From Faecousia sp. (lineage in GTDB: Bacteria; Bacillota; Clostridia; Oscillospirales; Oscillospiraceae), in the NCBI GenBank assembly GCA_045540495.1, contig JAZQHH010000139.1:16245-80244 (forward strand): a stretch of 64,000 nucleotides of DNA, given 5' to 3'. Below the pieces are notes generated by a model. The model saw nothing but the letters and a program-made list of their open reading frames with translations. It did no database searches and was not told the DNA's origin. Below, one piece after another: positions 58,309-64,000 of the stretch. The position numbers were made by a program, and so were the translations under genes. How positions within the stretch are numbered: the first letter of the stretch is position 1; every line of letters starts with the position of its first letter.

Positions 58309-59892
58309 ATGGAAAATACAAATGTAACAAAGAAAAAAGGTAGCCTGCGCGCCTGGTTTGCCGCCCATAAGCCAACGAAACGGCGGATCATTCAGCTTTA
58401 CGCAGCGCTGCTGACCAATGCCAATCTCAAAGGCTTCGGCAATGGCCAGATCTACACCGGCAAGGCAAAATTCGCCTGCGCTCCCGGCCTGAATTGCTAT
58501 TCCTGCCCCGGCGCCTCCGCTTCCTGCCCCCTGGGTGCCCTGCAAAATGCCCTGGCCAGCACCAACACAAAGCTCCCCTATTATTTATTCGGCATTCTGA
58601 TCCTTTACGGCTTCCTCTTTGGCCGCTGGATCTGCGGTTTCCTGTGCCCCTTCGGTCTGATCCAGGATCTGCTCCATAAAATCAAAACGCCCAAGTTAAA
58701 AAAGAACCGTTTTACCCGCATTGCATCCTATTTTAAGTATATTTTGCTGGTTTCGATGGTCCTCATCCTGCCGACAATCTACGCCCTGCGTAATTTCCCG
58801 CTGCCTGCGTTTTGTAAATACATCTGCCCCTCCGGTACCCTCCTGGGCGCGGGCGGCCTGCTCTCCAACGAGCATAACGCCGACCTGTTCCCCGTACTGG
58901 GTCCCCTGTTCACCTGGAAATTCACACTTCTGGTGATCTTCATCGTTGGCGCAGTGTTCATTTATCGTTTCTTCTGCCGTTTCTTCTGCCCCCTGGGCGC
59001 CCTGTACGGTCTGTTCAACAAAATTTCTCTGCTGGGTATGAATCTGGATAACTCCAAATGTGTGGACTGCGGGCTGTGCATTGGCGAATGCCGGATGGAC
59101 GTGCTCCACGTGGGCGACCATGAATGCATCAGTTGCGGCCGCTGCGTGAACGTTTGTCCCACCGGTGCCATCAGCTACAAAGGCCCCAAGATTCTGCTGG
59201 CCCCCAATGAGGTGGGCGGACGTCCGTTAGCTAAGGAGAAGCCCGTTGACCCCTGTGATTTCCCCGGCACACCCCTCCCCAAGAAAACCAAGATTGCCCG
59301 TCTTGCTGTCGGTCTGACCATGGCTGCGGTGCTGGGCGGAGCTCTGATTTACTACAATTTTATTGATAAAATTCCCGAGCCGGTGGTAACACCGCCTCCC
59401 ACCTCCCCCACCGAACCCGGCGATGAAGTCATCGACGCTGAAGTTGGCGGCGAAGTTGGAAATCTGTGCCCGGACTATGAGATGCTCCTATATGGCCAGG
59501 ACGGCACCGTAAAACCCAGTGACAGCCGTGGCAAGGTCACCGTCATCAACTTCTGGTATCTGTACTGCAGCGGCTGTGTCAAGGAGCTGCAGAGCGAGTT
59601 CCCGAAACTGAATGAAACTTACGGCGATCAGATCGAAATGGTGATCGTCCATACCAATAATCAATACCTCTTAGATGTCAATCAGTACATTAATGAAACA
59701 TTCGAGGAAGATTGGGGCTATACCTACTGCCGCGATCTGGAGGGTGAAGTGTTCTTCAAAGCGCTGGGCGGCGGCAATGCCTGGCCGCTGACCGTCATTC
59801 TGGACGAAAACGGCGTCATCCAATACAAAGTCCTGGGCTCCGCCCATTACGATGTGATGAAAGAAGTCATCGACGACCTCCTGGCTGATTAA
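58309..59892 (+). CDS. Membrane polyferredoxin (NapH/MauN-like) fused to a TlpA/thioredoxin-like domain
   Basis: CxxxCP motifs (CGFLCP, CKYICP, CRFFCP), two 4Fe-4S motifs, TM helix, Pro linker, then GKV.VINFW..YCSGC..E and P.T.I.D.NG. Confidence 0.85.
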   Translation: MENTNVTKKKGSLRAWFAAHKPTKRRIIQLYAALLTNANLKGFGNGQIYTGKAKFACAPGLNCYSCPGASASCPLGALQNALASTNTKLPYYLFGILILYGFLFGRWICGFLCPFGLIQDLLHKIKTPKLKKNRFTRIASYFKYILLVSMVLILPTIYALRNFPLPAFCKYICPSGTLLGAGGLLSNEHNADLFPVLGPLFTWKFTLLVIFIVGAVFIYRFFCRFFCPLGALYGLFNKISLLGMNLDNSKCVDCGLCIGECRMDVLHVGDHECISCGRCVNVCPTGAISYKGPKILLAPNEVGGRPLAKEKPVDPCDFPGTPLPKKTKIARLAVGLTMAAVLGGALIYYNFIDKIPEPVVTPPPTSPTEPGDEVIDAEVGGEVGNLCPDYEMLLYGQDGTVKPSDSRGKVTVINFWYLYCSGCVKELQSEFPKLNETYGDQIEMVIVHTNNQYLLDVNQYINETFEEDWGYTYCRDLEGEVFFKALGGGNAWPLTVILDENGVIQYKVLGSAHYDVMKEVIDDLLAD

Positions 59893-59909
59893 AATTCATT
59901 CGTTATTCG

Positions 59910-59945
59910 AAAAATTCCCGCCTTTCGAAAAAGGCGGGAATTTTT
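59910..59945. terminator. Bidirectional terminator
   Basis: AAAAATTCCCGCCTTT-CGAA-AAAGGCGGGAATTTTT. Confidence 0.75.
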
Positions 59946-59948
59946 GTA

Positions 59949-60185
59949 TTACATCAACATAAACAGCGCATAAGCGATGAGATAAACAACAATGAGTCCG
60001 GCGATCACGACCAGCATGGGCACGAACATCATTTTCACCGCATTCCAGTAGGTTTTCCAGACATCCTTGGGGTCAGGCCGTGGGGCGGCGCCGTTCCGTT
60101 TAGGAAGACGGGCACCTACGCCGGACATATCCGCCAAGGTGCGGCCATCATCGATGTATCGAATCTTTTCTTTTTTCTTACCCAT
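59949..60185 (-). CDS. Small membrane protein at the end of the opp operon
   Basis: DDGRT.ADM motif and C-terminal TM helix; starts 5 nt after oppF stop. Confidence 0.7.
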   Translation of the reverse strand: MGKKKEKIRYIDDGRTLADMSGVGARLPKRNGAAPRPDPKDVWKTYWNAVKMMFVPMLVVIAGLIVVYLIAYALFMLM

Positions 60186-60190
60186 AGCAG

Positions 60191-61267
60191 TTACAGCAGA
60201 TGGCAAGCGGCAAAGTGGCCAGGCTCGCACTCCTTATACTCCGGAGGCACGTGCTTACAGACCTCCTTGGCATAGGGGCACCGGGTATGGAACCGGCAGC
60301 CCTTGGGAGGATTGGCAGGAGACGGGATATCGCCCTCCAACTTGATCCGCTCCATTTTGGCCGTGGGGTCAGGATTGGGCACGGCGGAGAACAGTGCCTT
60401 GGTATAAGGATGCAGAGGATTCTTGAAAATATCTTCCTTGGTGCCAAACTCCATCATGCCGCCCAGGTACATCACGCCGATCTTGTCGGAAATGAACTTA
60501 ACCACGGACAAATCGTGGGAGATGAACACATAAGCAAGGTTCATTTCCCGCTGCAGCTCTTTCAGCAGATTGATGATCTGGGCCTGAATGGATACGTCCA
60601 GTGCAGAAACGGGCTCATCACAAATAACCAGCTTCGGATTCACCGACAGCGCCCGGGCAATACAAATCCGCTGCCGCTGACCGCCGGAAAATTCGTGGGG
60701 ATACCGCTCAAAGTAGTAATCCCGCAGGCCACATTTATCCATCAGATTCAGCACATAGTCCTTCACCTGATCCTTAGGCACGATGTTATGGACCTGGACA
60801 GGCTCGGACAGAATACCGCCGACGGTATCTCGGGGAGGAAGCGAGGAATAGGGGTCCTGGAAAATGATCTGCATCTGCTTCCGGATTTCCCGCATCTGTT
60901 TGGAATTATAATGGGTGATATCCTCACCGTTGAAGATGATCTGACCGCCGGTGGGCTCATGGAGTTTCAGGATTGCCCGACCGGTGGTGGTCTTACCGCA
61001 GCCGGACTCACCAACGATACCCAATGTCTCGCCGGGATACAGCTTGAAGGACACGTCGTCAACCGCCACCAATTCCTTAGTAACCTTACCGGTAATGGTC
61101 TTTTTCATGGGGAAGCACTTGCGCAGATGCCGAACTTCCAGCAGCGCCTCCTTGTCGAAGGGCTGGGCGCAGTCGGCCTCAATCTGCTTCTTCCGCTTTT
61201 CCTGAAACTCGGCGGCAATGGCCTCGTCATCATATACGGCGGGATTCTTATTCAATTGCTCAGCCAT
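60191..61267 (-). CDS. oppF: Oligopeptide ABC transporter ATP-binding protein
   Basis: [33 protein letters not shown]-terminal GC.FH.RC domain. Confidence 0.92.
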   Translation of the reverse strand: MAEQLNKNPAVYDDEAIAAEFQEKRKKQIEADCAQPFDKEALLEVRHLRKCFPMKKTITGKVTKELVAVDDVSFKLYPGETLGIVGESGCGKTTTGRAILKLHEPTGGQIIFNGEDITHYNSKQMREIRKQMQIIFQDPYSSLPPRDTVGGILSEPVQVHNIVPKDQVKDYVLNLMDKCGLRDYYFERYPHEFSGGQRQRICIARALSVNPKLVICDEPVSALDVSIQAQIINLLKELQREMNLAYVFISHDLSVVKFISDKIGVMYLGGMMEFGTKEDIFKNPLHPYTKALFSAVPNPDPTAKMERIKLEGDIPSPANPPKGCRFHTRCPYAKEVCKHVPPEYKECEPGHFAACHLL

Positions 61268-62465
61268 TCTTCTTCTCCTCGTCGTACAAATGACATGCGA
61301 CAAAGTGAGTGGGGCTCACCTGCACCATGCCCGGGTAATCACCGGAGCATTTCTTGGTGCACATTGCGCATCTTTCCTTAAAATAGCAGTGGGAAGGCAT
61401 ATTGATGGGGTTGGGCACATTGCCGGGAATGTTATACAGCTCGGTGCTGTCGTCCAACGTCATAGTAGGCTTGGACTTTTGCAGGCCGATGGTGTAAGGG
61501 TGCTTGGGGTCCTGGAAAATCTCATAAACAGTACCCTTCTCAATCACCTTACCGGCATACATGACCACAACATAGTCCGCCATCTCGGCGATGACGCCCA
61601 GGTCATGGGTAATCAGCAGAATAGAGCCATCAATCTTGTTCTTGATGTCCTGCAGCAGATCCAGAATCTGCGCCTGAATGGTCACATCAAGAGCGGTGGT
61701 GGGCTCGTCGGCGATAATCAGCCGGGGCTCCGCCGCCAGGGCCATGGCGATCATGACACGCTGACGCATACCGCCGGACAGCTCATGGGGAAACGCGCCG
61801 TAGACATTTTCAGGAATGATTCCAACCAGCCGAAGCATTTCCTCAGACTTGGCCTTAGCGATCTCCTTGGTAGCGCCGGGCAAATGAAGCAGCGTCACTT
61901 CATCCAACTGCTGACCAATAGTGAACACCGGGTTCAGAGAGGTCATAGGCTCCTGGAAGATCATCGCGATCTGCTTGCCACGGATCCGATGGATCTCCCG
62001 AATGGGCATCTTGGCAATATCGTAGACTTTTTCCTCCATCTCAAAGCCGCCGTCGGCCTTGGGAATGGGACTCCCCTTCTCATCCAGTTTGTACTCGCTG
62101 GACTTAAAGCGAATGGAACCGTCCACGATCTGACCGGTGGGGCCCTGGATCAGCCGCATAACCGACATACTGGTCACAGACTTGCCGCAACCGGATTCGC
62201 CCACGACGCCAACAACCGCGTTCTTGGGCACATCATAGGAAACACCGTTGACCGCCTTCACAACACCCTGCTCCGTATAGAAGAAGGTGTGCAGATCATC
62301 GATCTCAAGAATATTTTTGTCATCCTTCATCTGGCAGACAAATTCAGACTCATCAGCTCTGCGGTTTTTATAGGCCTCCAACCGCTTCATTTCCTTGGCA
62401 TTGGCCTTGGAAATGGCCCGAATCTCCTTACCGGAGAGATAATTACCGTTCTTTTTCATCGCCAT
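61260..62465 (-). CDS. oppD: Oligopeptide ABC transporter ATP-binding protein
   Basis: GESGCGKS, FQEPMTSLNP, LSGGMRQR, DEPTTALD. Confidence 0.92.
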   Translation of the reverse strand: MAMKKNGNYLSGKEIRAISKANAKEMKRLEAYKNRRADESEFVCQMKDDKNILEIDDLHTFFYTEQGVVKAVNGVSYDVPKNAVVGVVGESGCGKSVTSMSVMRLIQGPTGQIVDGSIRFKSSEYKLDEKGSPIPKADGGFEMEEKVYDIAKMPIREIHRIRGKQIAMIFQEPMTSLNPVFTIGQQLDEVTLLHLPGATKEIAKAKSEEMLRLVGIIPENVYGAFPHELSGGMRQRVMIAMALAAEPRLIIADEPTTALDVTIQAQILDLLQDIKNKIDGSILLITHDLGVIAEMADYVVVMYAGKVIEKGTVYEIFQDPKHPYTIGLQKSKPTMTLDDSTELYNIPGNVPNPINMPSHCYFKERCAMCTKKCSGDYPGMVQVSPTHFVACHLYDEEKKNG

Positions 62466-62467
62466 AA

Positions 62468-63526
62468 TTATCTCCTCGCTTTCGGATCAAGGGCATCCCG
62501 CAGACCGTCACCCACGAAGTTGAAGCCCAGAACGGCAATAACGATGCAGACGCCGGCAGGGACCCAGATCAGGGGATAATTCTGCAGAATTTCCTGGTCG
62601 GTGGTAATAATGTTGATCATAGAGCCCCAGGCTGTGTAGGGGGCCTTGATGCCCATGTTCAGGTAGGACAGGGTTGCCTCATAGAGGATCATACTGCCCA
62701 GGCTCAGGCTCATCTGCACGATCAGCTGCGGCATCACATTGGGCACCAGATGCTTGAAAATCTTACGGGAAGTGGAGTAACCCATGGCCTCAGCGGCCAC
62801 CATGTACTCCTGCTCCCGGAGGCTCAGGATCTGGCCTCTGACCAGACGGGCAATGCCAGGCCAGGAGATCAGAGTCAGGAAGAACATCAGGATATAGATC
62901 CGCATTCCCTCTTCGATCCACTGTTGCTCAACCCAACCGTCCATGGCAGAGCTAAGGATCATCAGAATCGGCACACCGGGCAGGCACATCAAAATGTCGC
63001 AGATACGCATGATGATATTATCCGCAATACCACCGAAATAACCGGCAATACCGCCAATAATCACGCCCATAATGGTCATAAGAATAACGGTCATAAAGCT
63101 GACCAGCAGGGACACCCGGCCACCATACATCAGACGGGTCAAGACGTCATAACCCATATTGTCGGTGCCCAGAGGATGATCCAAGGACATATCAGCCTTG
63201 GTGTTGTAAGGCGCCTGCTTCTCTCTGACATGACGGACGTTGTAGGTAACGCCGTCAATCTCGTAAGAAACGATAGCCTCTTCGTATTCAACTCTGCCGG
63301 AAGCGTCTGCCTCAGTCTCCCCCCACCGGGTATATACCACAGGGCCCAGGAAACAGAACAGAAACAAACTTATAACCATCACCAAGCCAATAATACTCAG
63401 CTTGGAGCGGAAGAACCGTCGCAGAAGCATCTGAGTGGGCGACATGAGCCGCACGTTTTTATCAAGAGGAATGTCGGTATCGACAGCTTCCTGAATGTCA
63501 TTTTCTTTCATTTCAAGATCGTCCAT
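62468..63526 (-). CDS. oppC: Oligopeptide ABC transporter permease
   Basis: HPLGTD..G.D...RL.YGGR.SL, EY..AA...G, GDGLRDALDP. Confidence 0.92.
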   Translation of the reverse strand: MDDLEMKENDIQEAVDTDIPLDKNVRLMSPTQMLLRRFFRSKLSIIGLVMVISLFLFCFLGPVVYTRWGETEADASGRVEYEEAIVSYEIDGVTYNVRHVREKQAPYNTKADMSLDHPLGTDNMGYDVLTRLMYGGRVSLLVSFMTVILMTIMGVIIGGIAGYFGGIADNIIMRICDILMCLPGVPILMILSSAMDGWVEQQWIEEGMRIYILMFFLTLISWPGIARLVRGQILSLREQEYMVAAEAMGYSTSRKIFKHLVPNVMPQLIVQMSLSLGSMILYEATLSYLNMGIKAPYTAWGSMINIITTDQEILQNYPLIWVPAGVCIVIAVLGFNFVGDGLRDALDPKARR

Positions 63527-63537
63527 ATCGCACCTCC

Positions 63538-64000
63538 TTACTGCAACTTCACGCGGGGATCGACCACAGCATACATCAGGTCTGCCAAAAGCACACCAAC
63601 AACACTGAGGACGGCCAGGAACATATTGTAGCCCATGATGAAGGGGATATCGCCCGCATTCATGGCCTGCAGAGCAATGTTGCCGATACCGGGCAGGTCA
63701 AAGACCTGCTCGGTAATGATAGCACCGGAAAACAGCGAGGGCAAAAGTCCTGCCAGAGAAGTAACCAGCGGAATCAGGGTATTGCGGAAAGCGTGCTTGT
63801 TGATGACGACACTTTCCTTCAGACCCTTGGCACGGGCTGTACGAATGTAGTCGGAATTCATGACCTCCAACATATTGGTACGGGTCATACGCATCCGGGC
63901 GCCAATGCTCAAAATCACCACCGTCAGGATCGGAATGAAGCAATGGCGTGCATAGTCAATCAGCAGACCGATGCCGGACAAATCCTTGGTGGCATCCACC
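63538..64000 (-). CDS. oppB: Oligopeptide ABC transporter permease, 3' part (5' outside window)
   Basis: R..MLEV...DYIRTARAKGL, HAFRN, E.VF..PG.G, AD..YA..DPRV. Confidence 0.92.
   Translation of the reverse strand, partial: VDATKDLSGIGLLIDYARHCFIPILTVVILSIGARMRMTRTNMLEVMNSDYIRTARAKGLKESVVINKHAFRNTLIPLVTSLAGLLPSLFSGAIITEQVFDLPGIGNIALQAMNAGDIPFIMGYNMFLAVLSVVGVLLADLMYAVVDPRVKLQ

Overview
Core-chromosome region of a spore-forming Clostridia bacterium (Oscillospiraceae/Ruminococcaceae-like gene content; inference). It holds about 73 CDS. Repair and segregation: pcrA end, ligA, recO, mutS2, uvrC, radA, xseAB, ftsK/spoIIIE and two tyrosine recombinases. Sporulation: yunB, ylbJ, yqfC/D, a spoIIM-like gene, cotJ, cwlD, spoIIIAA-AH, tepA. 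Also CoA synthesis (panT, coaX, coaBC), proteostasis (tig-clpP-clpX-lon-engB), rplS-lepB-rbgA-rnhB-yraN and an opp ABC operon. I saw no tRNA, rRNA, CRISPR array, IS or prophage. Main signal: gene orientation flips convergently at about 20-21 kb (by my count 19 of 22 genes on + to the left, 44 of 50 on - to the right), which suggests the replication terminus. Exactly there a perfect 13-bp inverted repeat lies between the promoter and start codon of an XerS-like recombinase gene, a candidate single-recombinase dif system. Other points: a PLP-less threonine-synthase-like pseudoenzyme, a UppP homologue lacking its catalytic serine, a fused CxxC/polyferredoxin/thioredoxin membrane redox module, a pan-motif-like RNA hairpin, orphan NrdR-like boxes, coaD missing from its usual slot, and TGTC-tagged palindromic repeats. 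All calls come from reading motifs and synteny by eye; no database search was run.
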